Of a stretch of 55,456 bases of DNA, positions 47,801 to 54,544 are shown piece after piece (position 1 is the stretch's first letter; the number at the start of each line of letters is the position of its first letter). The DNA comes from a virus. Lineage: Duplodnaviria; Caudoviricetes. The notes below the pieces were generated by a model. It saw only the letters and a list, made by a program, of their open reading frames with translations, made no database searches and was not told the DNA's origin. Location: positions 1 to 55,456 of the IMG/VR virus record IMGVR_UViG_3300025674_000051; one strand, written 5' to 3'. The translations under genes were made by a program, and so were the position numbers.

Positions 47801-50800
47801 TTCATCATTTCCATTAGATCTAACAACTGCTCCTTCAAGTATAATTTGACTTACAACTGTTTGCAATCTTTCATATGCGGCTATTGTTGCAGTCACTTCT
47901 GCACTGTCAGTTCCTAACTGGTTTACTGTACCTACAAAATAAGATTGAGCACATATTCGAGTTGCAGAATTGCCGCCATACATAATATCATATGCTAGTG
48001 CATCAACAATATATCCTACATCTCTTTTACATTTTCTTTCATTGTAGCCATTACCATTATCGTAAACGCTAGGATAGTTTACATTAACATATGCTGCTAT
48101 TTCTTCTTGGATAAACTTTCTATTTGCTACAAGTTGTCCAACTGCATTTGGTAGATTTGAACTAGCACCAGTTGGTGTTGGATAACTTAATGTATCTGCG
48201 TTAGTGATGTTTACATCGATTTCTTCTAATACATCAACTTTGATTGCAGGCATATTATCTTGCCAGTTATTAAATGCGTATATAAGATTTTGATCTGTAA
48301 TGTGAGCTATACTTGGCTCTGTTAGTGTTGGTAAAGCCGAAGTACTACCTGCTTCAAGAACGTCTATTACAATTTGTACTAATGACCCTACTTCGTCAAC
48401 TTCAGACGATGATGCTGGATTTGTAGTTACTTGCTGACCTGAATATGTTTCTAATATTATGTTTTGCATAATATTAATCAATTCGTTATAAGCATCAATA
48501 GTTGCTGTTACTTCGTCTGTGCTTCCTAGTTGACTTACTGTTCCAACAAAGTAAGCATCGGCTGCTCTACGTGTAGCAAAGTTGCCTCCGTATTGTACGT
48601 CAAAACACACTGCATCTGTAATAAACTTTACATCTCTTTCACATGTTGCACTATCGTATGTTAAACTTGGGTAATAAGTTGCAATCCATGTTGTTAACTC
48701 AGAAGCAATATAATCTCTGTTAAGTTGTAGTAGTTCTCTAGCGTATCTTTTGTTTACATCAACACCAGGATCTGTATATGTTATTGCATCTACTACATTA
48801 GCATCTTGACTACTATCAGCATTAGAAATAATATCAATAATTTCATCAAATGCAGCTTCACTTCTAGTTACTGCTGTGTTGCTTAATGTCATATATGTAT
48901 TTGAGGCAATATCTTTCATGTATTGATATGTGCGAATAGTTTGTTGGAACTGGCTGCTTAAAACATATGCACTTGGTGCCCTTTGATAACTCAATCCTGT
49001 TGTTACTGCATTATAGTTAGTATTAAGTATAACATCCCACGCAACACTATCTACAACATATCCAATATCTCTTTCACATTTATCTTTATTAAAGTTTAAG
49101 CCTGCAAAAATATCCAAAAACTCTGTAAACAAGTTATTAACACGAGTTACTGCTGTTGGTGATCCTGAAACAGCACTAATAGCTAAAATACTATCTCTGG
49201 TATTTTCAAATGTTGCTTTTGAAACTTCATATTGAATATCTGACGAAACTTTACTAGCATTTGCTCTCGCATAACTTAGTGCAGCAAATATTGTTCTAAC
49301 ATTACTTCCTGTTGCAAGATCGTAACCTATAGCTTCAACTAATAGTTCTGTGTCTCTTTCACATTTTGCTTGATTGTATGACAGATTAGAAAACTGATTA
49401 GAAATATAGTTTGTTAGTTCGTTAACTATAAAATCTTTATTTGCAACAATGTTATCTGCTGCTGCTCTAGTACCTTCGTCTACTAGTGTATTAGTTCCTA
49501 AATCAATGTCAGGTGCAGCAGTGCTATCTCCTTGATTTAGATAAGACACTATTTCTGCAAAACGTTCTATTATAAAATATCTTGCATCTTCGTTAAGTGG
49601 GTCACTGTCAGGTATACGAGCAAGCATTTCGTCTCTAGCTGCTTCAATGCCATATATAGTTGGAGCAAGTTGTGCTGCAATAACTTTATTTGCTCTTGCA
49701 CGTAAATAGCTTCTACCAGCTGCTAACGATTGATAGTTTGTTCCTAATGCTAAATCTCCAACTACAGCATCTACAATACGTCTAACATCGCGTCTACATA
49801 CTGATTCGTTGTATATAAAAGGTTGTGTGGTAATATTAGTATTTGTTACATAGTATCCTTGTGAATCACCTTCAAAAGTTATTATACTACCAGTCTGAGG
49901 TATATCTCTTAATCCGTTTACAGTAATAACTTGATTAGTCACAAGATTAGCAGTAGCAGTTGCAATAACATCATAGCCGCCGCCAACTAGACTAACATTT
50001 GGCACTCTATCATAACCACTACCTTGATCTGTAATAGTTATAGCGGTAATTTGTCCTGTTGTAGCGTCTAACGATGCTGTGCCTGTAGCTGTAACACCAT
50101 TTATATCACCTAGTGGCGGATCTATTACAACAGTCGGTGCAGTAGTATAGTTAGCACCAGTATTGTTCATAGTAATACTACCCACACTTGAATAATAATC
50201 TTGGATTGGTCTAGCGGTGGTAAAGACTTTGTCAAATACACCGTCTGCAATAATAGCATATGTACCAAAGTCACTAACTGAGTTTGAAATACTTAGATAA
50301 CCACCTTTGGTTGCTTGGAAGCCAACTCTTGTAAAAACAGAGAAGCAGCTAACAATCTGTGTATAACCTTCGTTTGTAATATGGAACCCAATACCACCTT
50401 GTGCAATTTGTGTAAATGCATCAGCAACAAAAGATTTGACTAAGCTGTCAGGATGATATTGATTGCCATCAACTAGCATACCGTTGCCGCCACCTGTGGT
50501 ATTAACACGTTTACCTAAAGGAACATTTGGATCATTTTCAATAGGTCTAGCGCCAGGGTTTACACCTTCAATTTGAACAGTTTCAAAAGGTATAAATTCA
50601 GTACCGTCATTAAGCCAAGGACCGTTCATGTTAGTGCAGTTTTGTACATATGGTGAAACAGTTACAAGTGCATTTGGTTTAATCTCAGCGCACCAACCTG
50701 GATCACGCAATGCTCTAAATGTAAGTTGGAATAGATAACATGCATTATCCATAAAAAATATTGTTTGTGTATTATTTTTTGGATATATTTGTGTATTACG

Positions 50801-51163
50801 TAAACTATCACCTCTAACTGTTTGACGAGCTTTAAGAGTAATAGGATTTTCTTCATAGTAATCTCCAGGAGCAACTTGTATAGTTGCACCAGCAGGAGCA
50901 GCATCAACTGCTGCTTTTACAGTTCTTTTTGCCTGTCCTGGTCCAGCACCTGTTCCTGTATTAGAATCATTACCTTCTAAGCTAACGTAGTATACAAGTT
51001 GGTTTGTTGCGCCTGGACTATTTCCAGTAACATTTAAGTTTCCATCAATCCTTACTTCTTTACCTGCTAACGGTTTTATGTCAATGCTACCATCAGCATT
51101 TAATACAAAAGACTGATCTTTAACTTTTCTTTCGTGTAATATCTGCTTCTTTAAATACTTCAT
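41858..51163 (-). CDS. Giant virion structural protein (3101 aa), paralogous to the fibre's beta-helix region, with 10 CxRD globin-like repeats
   Basis: YYVSLEGNDSN...KRTVKAA...PGDYYEENPI...GDSLR...SPYVQNC...QIVSCF; GHAFEYVGAG; two G.IRFN....FEGYDG..W..LGGV.D.D modules; ends IDGGEF. Confidence 0.9.
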   Translation of the reverse strand: MKYLKKQILHERKVKDQSFVLNADGSIDIKPLAGKEVRIDGNLNVTGNSPGATNQLVYYVSLEGNDSNTGTGAGPGQAKRTVKAAVDAAPAGATIQVAPGDYYEENPITLKARQTVRGDSLRNTQIYPKNNTQTIFFMDNACYLFQLTFRALRDPGWCAEIKPNALVTVSPYVQNCTNMNGPWLNDGTEFIPFETVQIEGVNPGARPIENDPNVPLGKRVNTTGGGNGMLVDGNQYHPDSLVKSFVADAFTQIAQGGIGFHITNEGYTQIVSCFSVFTRVGFQATKGGYLSISNSVSDFGTYAIIADGVFDKVFTTARPIQDYYSSVGSITMNNTGANYTTAPTVVIDPPLGDINGVTATGTASLDATTGQITAITITDQGSGYDRVPNVSLVGGGYDVIATATANLVTNQVITVNGLRDIPQTGSIITFEGDSQGYYVTNTNITTQPFIYNESVCRRDVRRIVDAVVGDLALGTNYQSLAAGRSYLRARANKVIAAQLAPTIYGIEAARDEMLARIPDSDPLNEDARYFIIERFAEIVSYLNQGDSTAAPDIDLGTNTLVDEGTRAAADNIVANKDFIVNELTNYISNQFSNLSYNQAKCERDTELLVEAIGYDLATGSNVRTIFAALSYARANASKVSSDIQYEVSKATFENTRDSILAISAVSGSPTAVTRVNNLFTEFLDIFAGLNFNKDKCERDIGYVVDSVAWDVILNTNYNAVTTGLSYQRAPSAYVLSSQFQQTIRTYQYMKDIASNTYMTLSNTAVTRSEAAFDEIIDIISNADSSQDANVVDAITYTDPGVDVNKRYARELLQLNRDYIASELTTWIATYYPSLTYDSATCERDVKFITDAVCFDVQYGGNFATRRAADAYFVGTVSQLGSTDEVTATIDAYNELINIMQNIILETYSGQQVTTNPASSSEVDEVGSLVQIVIDVLEAGSTSALPTLTEPSIAHITDQNLIYAFNNWQDNMPAIKVDVLEEIDVNITNADTLSYPTPTGASSNLPNAVGQLVANRKFIQEEIAAYVNVNYPSVYDNGNGYNERKCKRDVGYIVDALAYDIMYGGNSATRICAQSYFVGTVNQLGTDSAEVTATIAAYERLQTVVSQIILEGAVVRSNGNDETQDTTGAPASGTQANLASVLVQIIIDVLNDGDLDNLETQVLPDLTWASNDVEVAGITVYGSRQSLGRETTDFVLANYPAFTYDQDKCQRDVELILEAVLRDARLGTNHNMIVAAQAYKRATANYFNVNQNPATIMAMRYVRDTALSYVTTNATATTRITEGFENFFNIVEYDVEPSEGTTYPSPTPASQERIDTARLLQDNKNFLIEETVLHINNQYFIYDSEKCRRDSGLILDGIIKDLTLGTNYWAVLNGLSYRRAQSSVVISDQLVETIAAVTRLKTQTLAVLSDSPSITAVSAAFDEVIDILTNGSANADALTWTSTGNNIDHTNARIQVQNNRKLIEDEVILWIRANEPTLVYNEATCRRDLGYIIDAISHDLNYNTNLATKEAAKAYFVGTTSQLPADQRTATGNAMEQLGLITYDVLLEAYSGQDTSAGLVSSEEANKSTELANIIRDVVKANTLELLPADEALDDTWNTSNLLTSKTLIETNRTAILDDNINYINTVLNGFSYSEEKCRRDTGYLIDAVTHDVLYLGNRSVLIATRSYFDDGVIQIYGQTGETQDALEHLRDVAIQVVQGAAVVPETGNPEPQNLTGLYGSSAESEEVGALFDIVITAISDSTGLETTPSNSNPDTDWIEFGLNEVCNSLENNIENIKSDTITFITDNIISFSYNVEKCERDTAYIVDAAVYDTLFGGNKQTRRAAEAYYSNAVIAGQESITELSYRHLGEVLESVAQNLKVTASSGTTETQTYGTIGGSATSGAYANNMVNKIADVILLGGTTYLPYEIDHDYDNLGLTSLVKTQRTTILNDLQAIEDESIRLLNAQYGGVADLTLFPGIVAVQEGTLGSMQRVSTVSTSGHAFEYVGAGITYNALPFFGGSPIAANEFVETNNGKVFAGGTVDQIGNFKVGNYFNVNALTGSITLNAEEINLSGIAAIGPFRRFNIPVGVELKEVSNNSDLTASTGAADQNTVPTQTAVVNYLTNRYLNKLTGGTVEADVVFEQDIAVDGGDITTTSTIVNLVNDNASFVNFAGGATSITIGANGVGTTEIRHDVIVGGSLDIGGNTTIVGDVDITIPDELQQAFNITMNTEDYITIDTRDAQETVAFGNVPVIRILNTSQSTDKTNGSLVVGGGLGVGKNLNVGGDIFFEGSIVSTNSANLSLFNDTAGTVNAFGDATEIQLGSSGIVPGNFIVNNDYIRFTSSYNMKIPTGTTGERGSVPEEGYIRFNTDLGIFEGYDGIAWNTLGGVRDVDGNTYIEAESSPGSNENELSFVTDGLERMNLSTTAFRLDDTITSITFEGTTQSNSPDSGLLVIEGGMGIEKNLNVRGDLRVYNDTLINGALDVDGSVTIGTNDSVVDTLTVNANATYNVYDSTTGAFEILEGANSYFKLNTTDGTEEVLFGANPVVKIQNTTESTSATTGALVVSGGVGIDGNVFVTGDMQVDGSLTFGDDAVLDTLNVSGDADFNIPDNTAESFTIRQASSPYLNVKTTNGSEEIAIGGTPFVSIANTSEATAPTEGALQVVGGIGLEKSLFAGLDITAQRNIIAENNLEVNGTSISTRVDSGTFTLLNENIQTIEAFGAADNITIGASTGTITFNNEIFIFDSTASIQLPVGTTAERTAAATGQIRFNSEDNLFEGYDGSNWGSLGGVKDVDQDTFIRPETTPGSDEDQLEFFTNGTQRMLLTNTDLDIDSTVQVDIANTSTSYRFDTGALTIAGGVGVAENVFVQGFIGGDTTGTLQLTDLYTDKLLIKAGTIETPDDFKIVSNAPDSAADDIVYPVTLAHHSVSGTPVAGVGVGMKFEVETTNANFETGGQIDSIVQDITGTQEDFDMVFSTMSAGAVTEKFRLSETLATVKTSLQVDEDLTVTGILDASGFRGSVFADDSTEIIDSINNKITVTNAEVGTLTLTTDLEVQYGGTGRSNFVTNGIVYGNGSNQLLVTDAAGSSDISTSFQILTVTDSGDDTPIWTDTIDGGEF
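45400..49820 (-). repeat. 10 globin-sized CxRD repeats (boundaries approximate)
   Basis: CxRD codon blocks at 49787, 49352, 49067, 48632, 48020, 47531, 47117, 46703, 46244 and 45761 (plus-strand left ends). Confidence 0.9.
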
Positions 51164-51495
51164 TATACTTCCAAATAACTAATAGTTGCACTAAGTTTGT
51201 CATCGTCGGGGCTGTTTAATATCACCCTATCACCTTCTTCTAATATTAATCTTTCAACATTAAAAGTAAATGTTTCTTGCGCAGGTAATGAAACATTGTT
51301 CAATACTAGATTGGTACTTGACTTAACTCCACCAGATCCTTTAATAACATACATATTAAAAGAACTGTCGTTTATACTATTAGTTGATGTTCCGTAGTTA
51401 CAAACTAGTAAGGTGGTTATAGCATACTTTTTACCAGCCGGAACTGATAATGCAGTTGTATCTGTTGATAGTATTAATACGTTGTTTATTGCCAT
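51163..51495 (-). CDS. Small putative virion protein (beta-rich)
   Basis: 110 aa; TAATG coupling to the 3101-aa gene; SD AAGGA. Confidence 0.7.
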   Translation of the reverse strand: MAINNVLILSTDTTALSVPAGKKYAITTLLVCNYGTSTNSINDSSFNMYVIKGSGGVKSSTNLVLNNVSLPAQETFTFNVERLILEEGDRVILNSPDDDKLSATISYLEV

Positions 51496-51506
51496 AATCT
51501 AATCCT

Positions 51507-52541
51507 TTAAAAAATAATACTGTAGAGTAATGCTTTGTTCCTACTAATAAGTTCGTCGTTTGTGCTATTTTCGTTTATAAAAAATATACCAGTTCCGCCG
51601 TCAGCCTCGCTTTTAGAATATAACTTAACTCCATCAGAAGGTGCTAACGGATCTGTTATTTTTTCAAATTGAACAGGAAAGTTTGTTATAATAGAACCTG
51701 TACCGTTTGCAGATATCCTTGTATCACCATTTAGGTTTGTTGTTCCAAAGTTTCCTGTTGAAAACTGATAGTCAAATATTTCAGCAAATGCTGTTTTAAA
51801 CGATGCATTGATTATGCCATCAATACTTATTTCAACTTTACTAATAGCTTGGGCAGGATCATCTGCATCATATGCTGTAACTCTTGTATCTGAGTCTTGT
51901 AAAGCAGCAATCCTATCTGAATAGTTAAATGCAAGATAACTTTTAACATAATCTTTAACACTACGAATATTTGGTATAATATCATCATCAACCGGTTGTG
52001 CTAATCTGTCTGGTGTGCTTGGATTATATATGATTAAGTTAGTGCCAGCATCGTATTGAAAAATTTGTTTTTCATAATCAGTAGTGCCTGTTACACTTAC
52101 ATACCCTGTTCCATTTTCACCAAGTAAGTACAGATTTTCGTTAGGATCTGCTTTAATACTTGCAACATGTATACCTACAAGATTTCCATTAGCCTCAGCA
52201 AAACTAAATGCTCCGGGCTGTGTATCATTGCCACCTGCATCAATAGTAGTTAGACTTTCATTCCACAGTAGTTGTGCGTCTGTTAGAGAACCACGATCAA
52301 TAATTAAACCAGCAGTTGTAAGACTAACACCTGCGCCAGTCTCGCCGCTATTAACTGTGATAGTGTTATCAGAAACAACCAAATCTGACGAACCAACTGT
52401 TGTTGTTGCACCTAATACATTTAAGTTACCATTAATAGTAACTGTACCTGTGCTATCAACAGTATCAAAAGTAAAGTTTCCACCAGGGGCAATCCTTACT
52501 TTGTATTCGCTAATCTGATCATACTGCTCTAACTTTAACAT
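51507..52541 (-). CDS. Putative virion structural / fibre-associated protein
   Basis: INGNLNVLG.TTTV...VSDNTITVN...AGLIIDRG...LLWNE module, similar to one in the giant fibre; SD GGAG. Confidence 0.7.
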   Translation of the reverse strand: MLKLEQYDQISEYKVRIAPGGNFTFDTVDSTGTVTINGNLNVLGATTTVGSSDLVVSDNTITVNSGETGAGVSLTTAGLIIDRGSLTDAQLLWNESLTTIDAGGNDTQPGAFSFAEANGNLVGIHVASIKADPNENLYLLGENGTGYVSVTGTTDYEKQIFQYDAGTNLIIYNPSTPDRLAQPVDDDIIPNIRSVKDYVKSYLAFNYSDRIAALQDSDTRVTAYDADDPAQAISKVEISIDGIINASFKTAFAEIFDYQFSTGNFGTTNLNGDTRISANGTGSIITNFPVQFEKITDPLAPSDGVKLYSKSEADGGTGIFFINENSTNDELISRNKALLYSIIF

Positions 52542-52551
52542 CTATCTCTCC

Positions 52552-52905
52552 TTAGATAGCAGTTAATCTAAGTAGCGATTCAGTTGAGTCGTCTTCTACA
52601 GTCCATGTATAACGATTGTTGTCATAATCTACCGCTGTTCTATTGAAAAGTTTTTTAACTGCAATAGCACCGCCGCCTGCGCCGATTCCAATAAGCTGTG
52701 CTTCGTTGTCAGCACTTGGTGCAGCTTGTACTAGTCTGCATACTGCTGTTGTAGATCCTGCATCGTTTGAACAGTTAAACTTATTTGTGCCACGTTGTGA
52801 TAAAATATAACCTTCAATTAATGATGTACTATAAAATCTGATTGGTATTTTTGGTGTTGCTCCTCCGGTTACACCGAAGTATCTTTTATTTACTGGACGT
52901 CCCAT
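52552..52905 (-). CDS. Late hypothetical protein (MGRPVNKRYFG...), probable virion component
   Basis: SD AAGGAG; own late promoter; first gene of the 117-344-110-3101 aa operon. Confidence 0.75.
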   Translation of the reverse strand: MGRPVNKRYFGVTGGATPKIPIRFYSTSLIEGYILSQRGTNKFNCSNDAGSTTAVCRLVQAAPSADNEAQLIGIGAGGGAIAVKKLFNRTAVDYDNNRYTWTVEDDSTESLLRLTAI

Positions 52906-52988
52906 TGTTTTTTCTCCTTTGTTGACGTTCTAAGTCTACGCGGTGGGTACCGCATAAGTCCTCAAAGAGGTTCTCCTCTTGACATAAG
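52906..52988 (-). promoter_or_regulatory. Structured 5' leader with two hairpins
   Basis: AAGAGG-AGAA-CCUCUU and UAUGCGGU-ACCC-ACCGCGUA; GACUUA direct repeat. Confidence 0.5.
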
Positions 52989-52996
52989 TATTTATC
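52989..52996 (-). promoter_or_regulatory. Late promoter GATAAATA
   Basis: Intergenic match downstream of a terminator. Confidence 0.7.
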
Positions 52997-53026
52997 CTTT
53001 TCGTAAAAATGGGTTATAATGTCCAC

Positions 53027-53059
53027 AAAAAAAGGCCTGCTAAAATATAGCAGACCTTT
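53027..53059 (-). terminator. Rho-independent terminator closing the ncRNA candidate
   Basis: AAAGGTCTGCTA-TATTT-TAGCAGGCCTTT followed by TTTT. Confidence 0.85.
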
Positions 53060-53273
53060 CTCTAATAATATGATAGGTTGGATTAAGGATTACCAACAAT
53101 CGCCTTTGTAGATCCTTCCATAAAAGCGAAGCCTAGCATCGGATAGTTACTTCCAAAAACACATCTTCAAGTCTCCTTGCTCATGCGCTGTCACTACAAC
53201 TACTAGCCAAGTTACTGCCTCTACCAAGCAGCGTTTCCTTGCACTATCTAACTCAGACCGTCGTCTTTGTTAT
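53027..53273 (-). ncRNA. Candidate structured non-coding RNA (~245 nt), family not recognised
   Basis: Bounded by its own sigma70 promoter and terminator; GC-richer than its flanks; several stems; no substantial ORF. Confidence 0.65.
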
Positions 53274-53279
53274 GTTTAT

Positions 53280-53308
53280 AATATAGCAAAAGAATACACA
53301 GAGGTCAA
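53280..53308 (-). promoter_or_regulatory. Sigma70-type promoter TTGACC-17-TATATT with extended -10
   Basis: TTGACC TCTGTGTATTCTTTTGC TATATT. Confidence 0.75.
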
Positions 53309-53316
53309 CCACTTTT

Positions 53317-53883
53317 TTATTTTTTTTCTATTAAATCTATTGCAACACTAATTCTTTCATTATCAGTTTTGTTTATAGTTGTTGAATGTAATAACCAGGC
53401 TGGAAAAAATACAATCTGTCCTGGTATTGGTTTTATTTTGTATATACTTCCTTGATCAATCCATCTACTTGCATCTATTGCTGGATTAGGACTATAAAGA
53501 GCAAGATCTCCATCTTCGCCATTAGTTTGCACATAGTAAACACAGGATATGTCAGCATCTCTGTGATTGTGAGGTGTTATTACTTCTCCTGGTAACGTTT
53601 TGGTTATCCAAGCAGTGTCTATCTCAAAATTTAAAATCTCACTTTGCACTTCATTTAGGTACTTTGATAAATGTTTTTGCATAACTGATTTAAAAAACTC
53701 AAAATCTCCATGCTCAAAAAAGTTATCATACAAGTGTGTAATCTGAACATCGCTTTCTAATCCAAAATCACTGCCTTTGATAAAATCAAAATCTGTGTTT
53801 AACATTGTTTGTTCTATTAAAGTTTGTTCCTCTATATCTACTTGAGATACATATATAGGAACTGAAAATATATTTTGTTTCAT
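53317..53883 (-). CDS. Putative 2OG-Fe(II) oxygenase (phage HxH type)
   Basis: AWIT, HNH...ISCVYY, GDL, FFPAWLLH and ERISVA motifs. Confidence 0.85.
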   Translation of the reverse strand: MKQNIFSVPIYVSQVDIEEQTLIEQTMLNTDFDFIKGSDFGLESDVQITHLYDNFFEHGDFEFFKSVMQKHLSKYLNEVQSEILNFEIDTAWITKTLPGEVITPHNHRDADISCVYYVQTNGEDGDLALYSPNPAIDASRWIDQGSIYKIKPIPGQIVFFPAWLLHSTTINKTDNERISVAIDLIEKK

Positions 53884-54482
53884 TTTACAATCTCTTTTAA
53901 AAAACTTGCTGTTTTTTTATGCCATTCTGGTCCAGGATGCTCGTTATCCAGTGCTTTGTAATCGTTAGTGTAAGGATTTTGATAAAAGTTTATATCTTTT
54001 AATTCTTTAAGTTCAATGTTTCCAAAGTCTACACAAGTTTGTATTGTATTTTTGTGTAGTTTATCAAGTGTTTTCATATAATATAAAGTTTTATATTTAG
54101 AATCAAGGTAATCTAACTTAGAATCTTCTTTTAAATAAGACTGATAAAAACTAATATTATCTATATTAGGATTTAAGTTAGTTCCATGTATATTTTGATA
54201 AAACAAAAATCTTGAATAACCAGTCCACATAACAATAATAATATCATTTTTTTGCCATTGATCGCAATCGTCTATTATATTTTGGAATATTTTTTGATTA
54301 CTATTGCCGCCAGCGCCTTTGTTTTTGCAAATCATTCCTAACTCAGTTGATAAAATACTTGGCCAACTGTATTTGCTTGTTTTATATTCGTCAAAATCCC
54401 AATCGTTGTTTTCAAATATACTGTTATCTTCTAAACACGAACCTTGTGTCCAACTACAACCATATGTCCATAGTGTTTTCAT
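53880..54482 (-). CDS. SGNH/GDSL-like hydrolase or acyltransferase
   Basis: YGCSWT (block I), GGNSN, IIVMWT...R and DNEHPG (DxxH). Start probably MKTLW at 54482. Confidence 0.7.
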   Translation of the reverse strand: MKTLWTYGCSWTQGSCLEDNSIFENNDWDFDEYKTSKYSWPSILSTELGMICKNKGAGGNSNQKIFQNIIDDCDQWQKNDIIIVMWTGYSRFLFYQNIHGTNLNPNIDNISFYQSYLKEDSKLDYLDSKYKTLYYMKTLDKLHKNTIQTCVDFGNIELKELKDINFYQNPYTNDYKALDNEHPGPEWHKKTASFLKEIVK

Positions 54483-54497
54483 AAAACTATATATCAC

Positions 54498-54524
54498 AAA
54501 AAAAGGCCCCGTAGGGCCTTTTTT
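54498..54524 (-). terminator. Rho-independent terminator of the major capsid gene
   Basis: AAAAGGCCC-TACG-GGGCCTTTTTTT (cUACGg loop). Confidence 0.9.
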
Positions 54525-54544
54525 ATTATTATAAAAAATATAAC

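Noticed and set aside
38950-49820. Calling the CxRD repeats cpcA/apc genes or inferring a cyanobacterial host
   Set aside because: They are internal domains of virion proteins with no recognisable phycobiliprotein N-terminal helices, and no photosynthesis or bilin genes occur in this window. The host cannot be assigned.
53146-53185. Micro-ORFs inside the ncRNA candidate (MSKET*, and MCFWK* after an AGGAG)
   Set aside because: Each is only 5 codons, and the AGGAG lies in a predicted GNRA hairpin. A peptide role is not excluded but is unsupported.
53027-53273. tRNA, tmRNA, RNase P or 6S identity for the ncRNA candidate
   Set aside because: I see no T-loop GTTCRA or CCA acceptor end, no GAGGAAAGUCC, and the structure is multibranched rather than one long 6S-like rod. 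A covariance search is still needed.
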